A DNA stretch of 60,460 nucleotides from Eubacteriales bacterium (lineage in GTDB: Bacteria > Bacillota > Clostridia > Oscillospirales > SIG627), in assembly GCA_045594565.1 (NCBI GenBank), contig JAZNYT010000121.1, positions 1 to 60,460 on the forward strand, read 5' to 3'. The notes under the pieces are model-generated. The model saw only the letters and a list, made by a program, of their open reading frames with translations, did not search any database and was not told the origin of the DNA. The position numbers and the translations under genes were made by a program. Positions 44,730 through 55,466 of the stretch are shown one piece after another. Position 1 is the first letter of the stretch; every line of letters starts with the position of its first letter.

Positions 44730-47054
44730 TTGAATAAATACAAACACAGAAAGGAACATACAAAATTGGAAAGAATATATACATCGCCTTTTGTAAAAGA
44801 GGGATTATCGGACACGGAAGTAATACAAGAAGCCGTTTTTGAAGCTAAGAGAAATAAAACTTGCGTGATTGTGATTCCACCGAAGGACAACGGTGAGAAC
44901 TGGGTTGTCAAGTCTCCCATAAAGCTTCCCGACTACTTCACCGTCATAATAAACGGTTGTACTATTGAGAGTGAGGGGGTAATATTTGCAAACGAAAACT
45001 ATAACTGCAGCCACTCTCTTAAAAGTGAGGCTCATAAAATATTTATTCTCGGACGAGATGGAGCCGTTCTCCGCGGACTTTCAGAAAGCTGTCAGATACT
45101 TTTAGAGAATGCCAGAGATTGCCGTATTGCCGGAATAACCTTTCTTTCGGGCGGAGGAGTGAGCCTTCGTCACTTCCGATATTCCAAGATACAAATGCTC
45201 ACTTTCAAGGACTCGAAAAACGCTCTTTCCTTTTTTGAAGGATGCAACAATATAATTACCGAATCAATTGATGCCGAAACGAAAGAAGAAGCCATTAAGG
45301 TCATTGGCGGCAAAACGAGAGTTCTTGTAAAAGAGCCCGAAATCGCAAATTCAATCTTTTGCCGTATGAAAGCGAAGACCTGTGGCGCTCCTGCCTTTGT
45401 GCTTTGTGCAGATAAAACTGATTTATATAACCTTGTTATACGAGACCTGACCGACGAAACGGCAAGCGATGGTGCATCTCTTGTAATAGAGAACGGGGAT
45501 TGTGATATCTCCGACCTCACAGTAAGAGGTATATCATCCAAGAGAAATGCAGTTTTGTCAAAGGGTAAAAACGATGGTACCTTTTATTCGAACCTTCACT
45601 GTGGAAAAGGATTTTCACCTATTATAAAAGTGGGGGAATCTACCCGTGATTTCTACGACGGAGAGGTTATGGAAATAGTTCTCCCGATTATGAAGGAAGA
45701 GCTTCCCTCGAGGCAGTTTGTTACCCCGAACGCTCCCGAATTTTTCGGTGAAGGAGATGCCGAAACAGTACAGAATGCAGTTGATTTTGCCTCACGGAAA
45801 GGAATAAACTGTGTGGTTATCCCTTCCTTTAATGAGAGAACGGAAAGTAATAAGTGGATATTCGAAAAGGCAGTTAAGATTCCTTCTTATATGACCATTG
45901 TTTTTCTTCACTGCTTTATAAAGCACAAGGATTTTATGTACGAAAACCTTTTCATCAATTCTCTTGCTTACGATTCACAGGACCGTTCGATAGCAAAAGA
46001 GCAGCACGATATGACGTTTATGGGTGTAGGCGATGCCGTTCTTTCGGGCGGAAAGCAAAACGGACTCAAGGAGAAGACCTGCTTCCTTTACGGACTTCCC
46101 GACAAAAGACCTAATGCAACGGTGCTTTTCAACAATGTCAGAAATCTGGTGCTTGAAAACTTCCAGATACACGATTCAAGATGGTATGGAACCTATTTCA
46201 TACATTGTGACACGGTAAGAGTGTCGGGTCTTGATTTCGATAACGGAGAGGATTTCTGCAACCGTGACGGAGTTGACATAAGACAAGGAAATCATAACTT
46301 CCTTGTAGAGAATATTACCGGAGTTACAGGAGACGATACAGTTGCCCTGAACAACCTAGGAAATGACGGCAACGACGGAAGATACGTTGAAGGAAAGGAC
46401 TGCAACACCTTGAATATGGTGATAAGAAACGTCAAGGCGGATGCCGGAAGATGGTTTACTGTAAGACTTCTTTGCCAGGACAGACATCTGGAGCATAATT
46501 TCGTGCTTGACACCATTATGGACGTATCAAGAACAGAAAACAAAAAAAGATGCGATGCCGCCGTGGTTATCGGCTCACACGAATATTTTTACAAAATTCC
46601 TGCCGAGATAGGCGATCTTGCTCATATAACAGTAAGAGACGTATATACGAGAGCGATGCGCGGAGTTGCCTTCGGAGGATGCAGTGACGACGTGAAGATT
46701 TCCAACGTTCACGCCTACAAGGATGCGCCTTCTGCTCTTTGCGTACGACTTACGGCAAAAGTAAGAGATGTGGAGGCAAGTGGTATCTTCTACAAATGTA
46801 ATGAAAAGAATCCTGACAAGGACCTTACCGTAAAAGCAAGCAGAACACCTGCAGTACTGTATTTCGGGTCGCTTGAAACACTCAATACGGTGAAGGTGAA
46901 AAACGTATTTATCGACGGCGCAAATATGAGCGTTTTTACAAGCGGTAACTGTGAGGTTATAGTAGAAAACCTCAATGAAAGAAACGTTTTGGAGAAGAGT
47001 GTAGCGCGCGACGACTCAAGCCTTTGTATAAACGGCGAAATAATAGATAAGTAG
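44730..47054 (+). CDS. Pectin lyase-fold/GH28-like protein, two beta-helix modules
   Basis: IQEAV..VIP and VQNAV..VIP starts; NRDGVD...TGDD; no signal peptide seen; start uncertain. Confidence 0.75.
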   Translation: MNKYKHRKEHTKLERIYTSPFVKEGLSDTEVIQEAVFEAKRNKTCVIVIPPKDNGENWVVKSPIKLPDYFTVIINGCTIESEGVIFANENYNCSHSLKSEAHKIFILGRDGAVLRGLSESCQILLENARDCRIAGITFLSGGGVSLRHFRYSKIQMLTFKDSKNALSFFEGCNNIITESIDAETKEEAIKVIGGKTRVLVKEPEIANSIFCRMKAKTCGAPAFVLCADKTDLYNLVIRDLTDETASDGASLVIENGDCDISDLTVRGISSKRNAVLSKGKNDGTFYSNLHCGKGFSPIIKVGESTRDFYDGEVMEIVLPIMKEELPSRQFVTPNAPEFFGEGDAETVQNAVDFASRKGINCVVIPSFNERTESNKWIFEKAVKIPSYMTIVFLHCFIKHKDFMYENLFINSLAYDSQDRSIAKEQHDMTFMGVGDAVLSGGKQNGLKEKTCFLYGLPDKRPNATVLFNNVRNLVLENFQIHDSRWYGTYFIHCDTVRVSGLDFDNGEDFCNRDGVDIRQGNHNFLVENITGVTGDDTVALNNLGNDGNDGRYVEGKDCNTLNMVIRNVKADAGRWFTVRLLCQDRHLEHNFVLDTIMDVSRTENKKRCDAAVVIGSHEYFYKIPAEIGDLAHITVRDVYTRAMRGVAFGGCSDDVKISNVHAYKDAPSALCVRLTAKVRDVEASGIFYKCNEKNPDKDLTVKASRTPAVLYFGSLETLNTVKVKNVFIDGANMSVFTSGNCEVIVENLNERNVLEKSVARDDSSLCINGEIIDK

Positions 47055-47066
47055 AGGATAAAGATA

Positions 47067-49277
47067 ATGGAAAAACTATTTTATTCACCCACAGAATTTC
47101 CCTCACCCTCCCACTCTGTTTCTATTCAGACGGCAATTGATGCGGCTGTGAAAACCGATATAAGAACGGTGGTAATACCGAAAGGCGAATGGTATTTAGA
47201 TAAAACTGTATATCTCCCCGAAGGAATAACCGTAATTATTGACGGAGCTTCCGTTCACTCGAAAAAAACCGCTTTTAAAAACTCAAATGCAGACAATCCC
47301 CAAACCAAGTCATTGGGTGGAGAAGAAAGTGCTATTTTTATCATCGGTTTCAGAGGTGCCGTACTTTCGTCAGATGACCAAAGCCCTGAAATTTATCTTT
47401 CCAACGTAAAGGAATTCAAAATTTCGGGTCTTACCTTTACGGGAGGCGGTCTTGAGCTTAATTTTGCAAGATACGGAAGAGTTGATAAGCTCAAATTCGA
47501 AGGCTCTCGCTTCGGTCTTATCCTTTCTGAAGGATGCAACAACAATATTATATCCGATATTATTGCAAGGACAGAAGGTTTTGCGGTAGAATTTCGCGGT
47601 AAAGAGTCGTATATGTTTGGCAGAGGACTTGAAATAGCGGAAAACATTATCAACCGTGTGAAATCAGAGTGCTCTTCTGCGGTTAAAATTTCTTCCGGAC
47701 CTTGCGAAACCTATAATATCATCATAAAAGACGTAATCTGCCTTGCCGATGCCTCTGCCGTTGTGATAGGCGACGAAAAGGACACCTTTACCCCTCTTGA
47801 TATAACCGTCAGAGGAGTTGAGTCAAAGGGCACTTCCGTGAAGGTGGTAACAGATTGTGACGGACTTTTCGTGTCGGAAGCATCCGGCAAAGCAGAGCTT
47901 TCAAAGCCTATCGTAAGATGCCTTATAGACGAAAAAAAAGGCAACCTACTCACCCCCTCTTTTGAGGAGTATTACGAGGAAGAGTTCGTTACCCCAAATG
48001 ATAGCCGTTTCTTCGGAAGCAGTGATGCAGAGACGATAAAAAATGCCCTTGAATTTGCGGTAAAAGAGAAAAAAGCACTGGTTATTCCGCGCTATAACGC
48101 CAGAACAAATACTACTGTATGGGAGCTTGATGAAGCAATTTTCGTTCCCTCCGAAGCGAAAATATTTTTACTTTGTGCATCTGTTCGTCTTGCAGATTAC
48201 AGCTACAATAACGCTTTCGTTTTGCAAAATGCCCATAACGTCCTCATCTCCGGTATAGGAAATGCCGAGATAGACGGAGGTATTTTCAATGGTCTTACAG
48301 AAAGACAATCGGAAAATTTCGGTATAGATATAAGGAAGAATGCAATTATTTTTGCGAAAAATTCAACTAGCTTCATTCTGGACGGCATTAAAATTAAGAG
48401 GTCCCGTTGGCACTCACTTTATTTTTCCGATTCGTCGGATATAACCGTCAAAAACGTGACGTTTAGTGTATACCCCCTATACCCCGACCTTGGAGGTGCG
48501 GTGCTTACAGGAAAAGCCAAAAACGTAACCTTCGACAATATAAGCGGTATCGTAGGCGATGAGCTTATAACGGTAGCTATGCAGGAGGGTAAATACTATT
48601 CCGAATGCGAAGATGATTCGGTAGAAAACCTTATCATCAAAAATATCAGCGTGAACGTCAGCAGAAAGTCTGTATTAAGACTCATTTGCCACGACGGAAG
48701 AAGAATAAAGGGAGTAAAGGTTGACTGTGTGCTCGACCCCTCTCTCCCCGAAGAAAAGAAGCTCCCTTGGAGTGCTATCAGCATCGGAGGCTACAACGGT
48801 GCGGTAAAGAGAAGCTGTACCGAAAATGAGCTTTCGGATATTATCGTTCGTGACGTTTACTCGAGAGGAGACAGAATTATAGAGGTTTGCGGTAGCAGTT
48901 CGGAAGTTAAATGTGAAAATCTTCACGGCTTCGGCAGTGTTGCCTATGCTTTGCAATCGACTGATTTTGCTCATTCCGAGGGACTTCATCTAAACGGCGT
49001 TTTCTTCCGCTGTATTCAGGGAAGCAGATATATGAGAGGCACCGCCACCAGTACAATTACCGACAAAAAGAAATACATAGGCACCACCGCAGCCTTGAAG
49101 GGCTTCACCTCAAGGGTGATTATGGAAAATGTTTTCACAGATAAAAACGGCGATGCATTCATAATGAACGGTGGAGGAAGTCTTGAGGTAAAAAACTTCT
49201 TCATAAACGAAATCGGCAGACAACTCGTTATAACAGACGGTAAATCGAACGTTGTTATCAACGGAGAAAAATATTAA
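47067..49277 (+). CDS. Pectin lyase-fold protein, paralog of upstream gene
   Basis: IQTAID..VIPKGEW and IKNALE..VIPRYN; catalytic motifs degenerate. Confidence 0.7.
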   Translation: MEKLFYSPTEFPSPSHSVSIQTAIDAAVKTDIRTVVIPKGEWYLDKTVYLPEGITVIIDGASVHSKKTAFKNSNADNPQTKSLGGEESAIFIIGFRGAVLSSDDQSPEIYLSNVKEFKISGLTFTGGGLELNFARYGRVDKLKFEGSRFGLILSEGCNNNIISDIIARTEGFAVEFRGKESYMFGRGLEIAENIINRVKSECSSAVKISSGPCETYNIIIKDVICLADASAVVIGDEKDTFTPLDITVRGVESKGTSVKVVTDCDGLFVSEASGKAELSKPIVRCLIDEKKGNLLTPSFEEYYEEEFVTPNDSRFFGSSDAETIKNALEFAVKEKKALVIPRYNARTNTTVWELDEAIFVPSEAKIFLLCASVRLADYSYNNAFVLQNAHNVLISGIGNAEIDGGIFNGLTERQSENFGIDIRKNAIIFAKNSTSFILDGIKIKRSRWHSLYFSDSSDITVKNVTFSVYPLYPDLGGAVLTGKAKNVTFDNISGIVGDELITVAMQEGKYYSECEDDSVENLIIKNISVNVSRKSVLRLICHDGRRIKGVKVDCVLDPSLPEEKKLPWSAISIGGYNGAVKRSCTENELSDIIVRDVYSRGDRIIEVCGSSSEVKCENLHGFGSVAYALQSTDFAHSEGLHLNGVFFRCIQGSRYMRGTATSTITDKKKYIGTTAALKGFTSRVIMENVFTDKNGDAFIMNGGGSLEVKNFFINEIGRQLVITDGKSNVVINGEKY

Positions 49278-49319
49278 AAAGACACATAAAAAAAGCACTT
49301 CAATGAAGTGCTTTTCCTT

Positions 49320-50210
49320 TTACATATTTATAACAAGCAGACCCGCGAAGGCAATAACCGTACCCACAATACTGTTAAGCGTAATTTTTTCACGGAACAG
49401 AAGTGCCGCCATAAGAGTCGATAAAATAAGTGCGCCGCCCTGATTGAGTGGGTAAAGCTTTACCGCATCAAGGTATCCTGCCGCAACGGTTTTGAAGTAA
49501 GAGTTTGCGAAAAGACAGAGTGCCATAATAAGAATAAACGTAAATACCCTCGGAGTTATTACCTTTTCTCCCTTTTCACTTACCTTTCCCTTAACGATAA
49601 GGCAGAATATACCGAGAAGAATAGCGCAAAATACGTAGGTATAAAGGTTGAATACCGATGTGGTCATTTCTGTATTACTCTTTATAAAAAGCTTCTGTGA
49701 GAAGTCTGTAACACCGTTGGAGAGTCCGCACGCCAAAAGAAGCGCCCAATCACCAAAGGTAATTTTGCCTTTGAGAGAGGTATTATAGAGGCACATCAGA
49801 TAGACGCCTACCGCTAGAATTGCGATACCTATTATCTGACGTACCGTTACAGCTTCGTGGAAGATGATAGTCGACATTATAAGAGGAATCGCAACACCAA
49901 GAGTTAAAAAAATCTCGATCATCATATAAGCGTTACGCCTCACCGAAAGAAGCCAGGTTACAACGAATATGCCGGTAAAAACGCCCGACACAAGAGCAAT
50001 GATCAGATCTGTGCCATTGGGTATTATGTACCCCCACTCCCCTTTCAGAAGAGTTACCGCGATACCTATAACAATGCAGAAAAGCATTCTTATAAAGTTA
50101 ACCTTTACAGCACCGCCGAATTCCTTTGTAGCGGTGCTTATTTTTTTACCGCAAAAGCCCTTGGTAGCGCCTGCCAGAAGAGCTAGTGCTAAAAACATAT
50201 AGCCTATCAT
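49320..50210 (-). CDS. EamA/DMT-family transporter
   Basis: About 10 TM helices in two repeats. Confidence 0.85.
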   Translation of the reverse strand: MIGYMFLALALLAGATKGFCGKKISTATKEFGGAVKVNFIRMLFCIVIGIAVTLLKGEWGYIIPNGTDLIIALVSGVFTGIFVVTWLLSVRRNAYMMIEIFLTLGVAIPLIMSTIIFHEAVTVRQIIGIAILAVGVYLMCLYNTSLKGKITFGDWALLLACGLSNGVTDFSQKLFIKSNTEMTTSVFNLYTYVFCAILLGIFCLIVKGKVSEKGEKVITPRVFTFILIMALCLFANSYFKTVAAGYLDAVKLYPLNQGGALILSTLMAALLFREKITLNSIVGTVIAFAGLLVINM

Positions 50211-51523
50211 TATTTATAATCTCCTAAAAATTCTCGGTTAAGCTCAAAAAGCTCGTCACACATATTCTTTATTTCATCCATACTGCAAACCGCAGAGGAA
50301 AGAGGATCCATATAAACCGCCTGATAAACCATTTCGCGGCTCTTTTTCATTGCTGCCTCTACCGCAAGGGATTCAAGGCGTGCGGTAGTGTTTACAAGAA
50401 TTGCAAGATGCTCGGGAAGAGGTCCTGCTATAGTGGTCTTAAAGCCCATTCTGTCGGCAACCACAGGTACTTCTACACAGGCGTCTGAGGGAAGGTTTGG
50501 AATAGAATTATTGTTTATAACGTTTGCATTGAAGACAAAGGGCTTTCCGTCACCCAGTCTTGCATTGAAGATATCACCCGCATATTCAATGCTCTTTTTC
50601 TTGTCAAAGTCCTTTTCAAGCCAGTCGCTGTACTGCTTTGCGGTGTTAGCCTTTCTGTCCTTGCGGAGATTGAGAGAGAAGGCGTGCTCACCGGGATTCC
50701 AGTTTGTACTGTGAGTGCAGTACTTTTCGATAAGGTCGGGACGCTTTCTGAACCAAGCGTTATACTCCGAGTTGTGTCCGCTGGATTCTGTAACGTAGTA
50801 GCCGAGCTTTAAGAACATCTCGTTGCGCACCTGCTCCTTGTTGAAATACTCGGGGTCTTCAAGAAGCTTTCGGAGTCTTGGATAAAGGTTCTCGCCATTG
50901 TGCTCAAGGACTGTATAAAATGCTTGATGATTTACACCCATACACTTATATACGATTTCATCATAAGGCACGCCAAGCCACTCGGAGAGCATCTTTACGG
51001 TGCCCTGTACACTGTGGCAAAGTCCCGTAACCTCGATGCCCGAATATTTCTGCATAGCGCCGCAGAGCATAGACATGGGGTTTGTGTAGTTGAGGAATAC
51101 GGCATTGGGGCAGTACTTTTCAATATCTCTGCATATGTCCATCATAAGAGGAATATTTCTGAGAGCTCTGAAAATGCCCGAAACGCTTCGCGTGTCTCCT
51201 ATGTTTATGTCGATGCCGTACTTCTTAGGTACTGTGATATCGTACTGCCAAATGTCGATATCTCCGTTGAAAACGGTACAAAGGACACCGTCAGCACCTT
51301 TAAGTGCGGTGGCTCTGTCGGTTGTAGCAGTAACAACGCTTTTCGTCTTGCCCATTTCAAAAACTATGCGATTTACAACCTTTTCTATATTTTTAAGGTT
51401 TTCGGGGTTTGTGTCCATAAGAGCAAACTCACATTCCTCAAATGAGGGAAAGGTAAGAAGGTCTCTGACACAGCTGCTTGTAAATTGCAAACTGCCTGCA
51501 CCTATAAAAGCAAATTTTTTCAT
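50210..51523 (-). CDS. melA: GH4 alpha-galactosidase-like hydrolase
   Basis: FIGAGS, LNYTNPM, GLCHSVQ (CHS-type), GVNH. Confidence 0.85.
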   Translation of the reverse strand: MKKFAFIGAGSLQFTSSCVRDLLTFPSFEECEFALMDTNPENLKNIEKVVNRIVFEMGKTKSVVTATTDRATALKGADGVLCTVFNGDIDIWQYDITVPKKYGIDINIGDTRSVSGIFRALRNIPLMMDICRDIEKYCPNAVFLNYTNPMSMLCGAMQKYSGIEVTGLCHSVQGTVKMLSEWLGVPYDEIVYKCMGVNHQAFYTVLEHNGENLYPRLRKLLEDPEYFNKEQVRNEMFLKLGYYVTESSGHNSEYNAWFRKRPDLIEKYCTHSTNWNPGEHAFSLNLRKDRKANTAKQYSDWLEKDFDKKKSIEYAGDIFNARLGDGKPFVFNANVINNNSIPNLPSDACVEVPVVADRMGFKTTIAGPLPEHLAILVNTTARLESLAVEAAMKKSREMVYQAVYMDPLSSAVCSMDEIKNMCDELFELNREFLGDYK

Positions 51524-51659
51524 TATTATTCTCCTGGTAGATATTATTACTGTCACAATAATAACGGAAAATTATAAAAAAGTCTATATAAAAAACGAAT
51601 TTTGATATGGACAAAAATGCTAAATGCTATTATAATACTTTTTGAGGAGGCAATGAATA

Positions 51660-52466
51660 ATGACGATATACGACGGAGACAAAAACGATAGTACCAATTT
51701 TAAAACCGATAAATACCTGAAAATCAACAGTTGCAGCTTTCAGAATGTTTCACGGGGGCATGTGACGATAAGAAAAAAGGGACGAATCGACTACCAGATA
51801 ATTCTCTTGACAAAGGGTGATTGTCGAGCGCTTCACGGAGAGGCTATCCATACACTTACTCCGGGAAATATCATAATATATGCGCCGAACGAGGAGCAGC
51901 TATATTCCTTTCCATCGGATAGCTCTACGATATGGTGTCACTTTACAGGGACTGTGGCAGATGAAATTATGAGAGATGCCGAGCTTGAAAGCGGTATATA
52001 TCACATAAAACCAAATAAAAACGTTATCGACACCTTCTCCAAGCTTGTACGGGAATTCCATACCAAAAGCCGTGAAGGGTTTGCCTGTGCCGCGCTTATC
52101 GAGTTGATAGACTGTATTTCAAACGCCTACTACTCACCCGACGAAAAGAAGGACTATGAGGCCATATCCCCTGCCCTCGCTTATATAAATTCAAACTATA
52201 ACAAGTGCATCTCTCTTGATACCCTTGCCGATATAACAGGCTATTCGAAAAGTCGTTTTTCTCATATATTTTCCGAGACTATCGGTACCACACCAAAGAA
52301 ATATCAAAACGATATAAGGATGAAAATCTCCCGTGAAATGCTTACCTCAACAAAATATACTATAGGTGACGTGGCAGAAAGCTGCGGCTTTTCCGACCCT
52401 CTCTACTTCAGCAGAGTTTTTAAAAAAACGTACGGAATATCCCCTACCGAATACAGAAAAAAATAA
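51660..52466 (+). CDS. AraC-family regulator
   Basis: Cupin sensor plus double HTH (GFSDPLYFSRVFKK..GISP). Confidence 0.92.
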   Translation: MTIYDGDKNDSTNFKTDKYLKINSCSFQNVSRGHVTIRKKGRIDYQIILLTKGDCRALHGEAIHTLTPGNIIIYAPNEEQLYSFPSDSSTIWCHFTGTVADEIMRDAELESGIYHIKPNKNVIDTFSKLVREFHTKSREGFACAALIELIDCISNAYYSPDEKKDYEAISPALAYINSNYNKCISLDTLADITGYSKSRFSHIFSETIGTTPKKYQNDIRMKISREMLTSTKYTIGDVAESCGFSDPLYFSRVFKKTYGISPTEYRKK

Positions 52467-52515
52467 AAGCGGAATAAATATTGAAATAATCAATAAGCAT
52501 TCCACTTTTTATTTT

Positions 52516-52908
52516 TTATTCTTCTGTTTTTTCAAGCTTTCTTGATATCGCGCCGAAAAGTGATTTAATTCCGAATATAACCGCGTAAATTATTACAAAA
52601 ATTACCGCCGAGATGAAGGCTCTCATCTGATTGAAGCCGTTTACTGTGGCGAAAGCAAATACGAATACTGCAGTATTCACAATAAAGTGTAACACCACCT
52701 TCAAAGCGTATGGGAATTTCTTCGGCAATGCGAAGAGTGCAGATGAAACACCGAAAACAACCGCAAATCTGCAAAATACCGTCAGATTGCTATGGTCGAT
52801 ATAGCTGGTCTGTGTGGGAAAGCAAAGCCAAAAGAATATTATTATTCCCGAAAATGCAAGTGCGAAATGGCAAAGCGCCGTATATAATATCGATAATACT
52901 TTTTTCAT
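52516..52908 (-). CDS. Four-TM membrane protein
   Basis: Hydrophobic helices. Confidence 0.65.
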   Translation of the reverse strand: MKKVLSILYTALCHFALAFSGIIIFFWLCFPTQTSYIDHSNLTVFCRFAVVFGVSSALFALPKKFPYALKVVLHFIVNTAVFVFAFATVNGFNQMRAFISAVIFVIIYAVIFGIKSLFGAISRKLEKTEE

Positions 52909-52921
52909 ATCAAACCTCTAT

Positions 52922-55297
52922 TCAGTTGGCGTGTTTTCCAACAGTTATTCCTTTTATGCCGATTGGTGACACGGTCTTACGCTTCTTGAATCTTATAACG
53001 TAATCCCCTGCTTCACTTGCATCAAAATCGAGACAAACGACGTCCTTATAGGTATTCTCGTCCTTTGTACCGATTTCAACCTTTTCACCGCTTACAACGT
53101 CAACGCTGTTCTTTATTATAAGCTTTTCTTCTGTTTCTTCCACTTCTGCACGGCTTACTGTAATCTCAAGCTCACCGCCTGTACCCGATGCATTGAGAAG
53201 AAGTCTGTATTTTCCGGGGCTCTTGATATTTGCTACGAATCTGATATTACCCGACGCAGATGCACCAACCTTGATACCGCCGTTCAAGTCGGAATAATTT
53301 ATATCTATCTCAGACTCGAAAACGTGGCAGTTTACAGTATTGCTCTCGTCTAGTGCTACGGGTGCAAATTTAGGTGTTAACGTGGTGAAATCTACCGAAA
53401 TAGTCTCACCATCGATGTACCAGGCATTGCTGGGTGTTACTCTGCAGGTGTACTCTGTAGACGGCTCAAGTCCAAAGAACGAATAGCTGTAAGCCGTTCT
53501 CTTATTCTTCAAGAAATAGTCGGTTATTAGCTTACGTGTTTCAATAATCTTGCCACTCTTCTTTTCTATAAGCTCAAGCTTGTGATATACTGCATTGTTG
53601 TTCTCATCTGCATCAAGAAGTGTTGCGGGGCAGGAAATTGTAACGCTATCCTCCGAAACCTTCGTTACCGTAAGAGCCGCGCCTTCAGCAAAAACGGGAG
53701 CCTTACTTGTTTCTTTTCTTGAGTTAGTATACTTGTATACGTCCTTGTCAGGATTTTCTTGACCTTTTTCCTTTACCATTGCGGAAATATCAATAGTCCA
53801 GTCTCCGCCTTCAAGATACGTGGGCTCATTTGAATCAACGTAGAAACGCTTTAAAGTTACAACGCTTGTTTCACTGTTCACCTTAATTATGATACCCTGA
53901 GAAGGATAGCTCTTGTCATGTCTCTCGGTAGCGGTGGGAAGAGATAGCCTGTTTCCTCCAACAATAGCGGTTGAATATATGAAGGTAGAACCGCCCGGTA
54001 TCTGCAAGATTGAACGGGGGTCGGAGGTGGGATAGTGCATATGTCCGCTTATTACGATAAGACGGGGCTGTGATTTTACAAAGTTCTCAAATTTTTCGGA
54101 ATGTCTAGTGGAACCTGAGCCATAAAGAGTGCCATCAACGGGATGGTGTATAAGGAGGAATATAGGCTTGTCCTCTCCGTCCTTAAGAGCCTCATTCACG
54201 TTGTCAATAACATACTGCTCCTGCTCTGCGGTAAGCTCGCCCTTATAATTGTTAGGACCTGCAGTAATAACGTGAATGCCCTCAAATACGTGATGGCTTT
54301 CGACCTCCTGTCCCACCTGTTCAACGAATACCTTTCTTGAAGCCTCGGCAATCGCACTGTCGTTTCCGTTTATGGGGAATTCGTGGTTACCCATAGCAAA
54401 TGCAAGCTTGCCTGCACTCTTGAGATTTACGTACTTCTCGTTTGCATTTATCATATCATAGAAGGAGGGCGAGGGGATATCGTTCTGATTTGCATAATAA
54501 ACAATATCGCCTACAAGGAAAAGACCATCCAGATCCTTGCCATCTCTTGTAAGGGAGAATATATTGTTAAGTACGTTTTCAAAGCCCGCCTTGGCGTTAT
54601 GAACATCAGAGAAAACGGCAAATGTATGAATCGTTTCGTCATCGCCTGTAGTAAAGCTTATTCTCTTTTCGGGAAGCATCATACGGGAAACGATTACCGC
54701 AACCTCACATCTCTTAATAGAGGTTTCGGGCGCACAGTTGTGCTCTGCATCAACACCACCAAGTATACCTGCACGGTATAACTTATATATACCCTCGGCA
54801 TATTCATTCTCGGATGCAACGTCGGGAATAGTGCCGTCGGGCACACTGTTTATTTTTTTCAATGCTTCGTCGGGAAGAGCTTTGGCGAATATTTCCATAT
54901 AGCCTGCTCTCGTAACAAACTCACCATAGTTATATTCTTTTGAAATTATTCCGTTTTCCTTACAGTACTCAACGTATGTATTGTACCATGGAGTAACGCC
55001 TGTATGATCGAGTGTGACAGAGCCTGCAGTGTAAAGCTGATGCATACAAGCGGCAAGCTTTATTGCCTCGGCATAGGTCATATTATCGTTAGGTAAGAAG
55101 CTTGTGGTGGTCTTACCGTCGATAAGCTTCATTTCATAAGCGCTCATTACGTCGCCGTAATACCAATCTTCAGCCTTTACGTCCTGAAAAATCGCAGTAT
55201 TGGGCTTAGGTGAGATAAGGATCATCTCGTTTCCCGCCATAGGAACGAGAGACAGAACCATCACCAAAAGAAGAATAAACGATAAAATTCTTTTCAT
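52922..55297 (-). CDS. SLH-domain surface metallophosphoesterase
   Basis: Signal peptide, SLH repeats (FQDVK..WY, TRAGY, IKRCEVA), SDVH/GD/GNHE/SGHMH, FN3-like and CBM-like tail. Confidence 0.85.
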   Translation of the reverse strand: MKRILSFILLLVMVLSLVPMAGNEMILISPKPNTAIFQDVKAEDWYYGDVMSAYEMKLIDGKTTTSFLPNDNMTYAEAIKLAACMHQLYTAGSVTLDHTGVTPWYNTYVEYCKENGIISKEYNYGEFVTRAGYMEIFAKALPDEALKKINSVPDGTIPDVASENEYAEGIYKLYRAGILGGVDAEHNCAPETSIKRCEVAVIVSRMMLPEKRISFTTGDDETIHTFAVFSDVHNAKAGFENVLNNIFSLTRDGKDLDGLFLVGDIVYYANQNDIPSPSFYDMINANEKYVNLKSAGKLAFAMGNHEFPINGNDSAIAEASRKVFVEQVGQEVESHHVFEGIHVITAGPNNYKGELTAEQEQYVIDNVNEALKDGEDKPIFLLIHHPVDGTLYGSGSTRHSEKFENFVKSQPRLIVISGHMHYPTSDPRSILQIPGGSTFIYSTAIVGGNRLSLPTATERHDKSYPSQGIIIKVNSETSVVTLKRFYVDSNEPTYLEGGDWTIDISAMVKEKGQENPDKDVYKYTNSRKETSKAPVFAEGAALTVTKVSEDSVTISCPATLLDADENNNAVYHKLELIEKKSGKIIETRKLITDYFLKNKRTAYSYSFFGLEPSTEYTCRVTPSNAWYIDGETISVDFTTLTPKFAPVALDESNTVNCHVFESEIDINYSDLNGGIKVGASASGNIRFVANIKSPGKYRLLLNASGTGGELEITVSRAEVEETEEKLIIKNSVDVVSGEKVEIGTKDENTYKDVVCLDFDASEAGDYVIRFKKRKTVSPIGIKGITVGKHAN

Positions 55298-55466
55298 TTT
55301 TCGTCTCCTAAAAAGTGTTTTTTTCATTATACCATAACTTCAAAAAAATGTAAACCAAAACTTAAAATTAAATTCTGTTTTTATACTTCGGGGATTGACA
55401 AAAGCCTTCTATTATTATATAATATTCGGAGATGGTTAAATTTTAACAAAATCAAGGAGGCTCATT

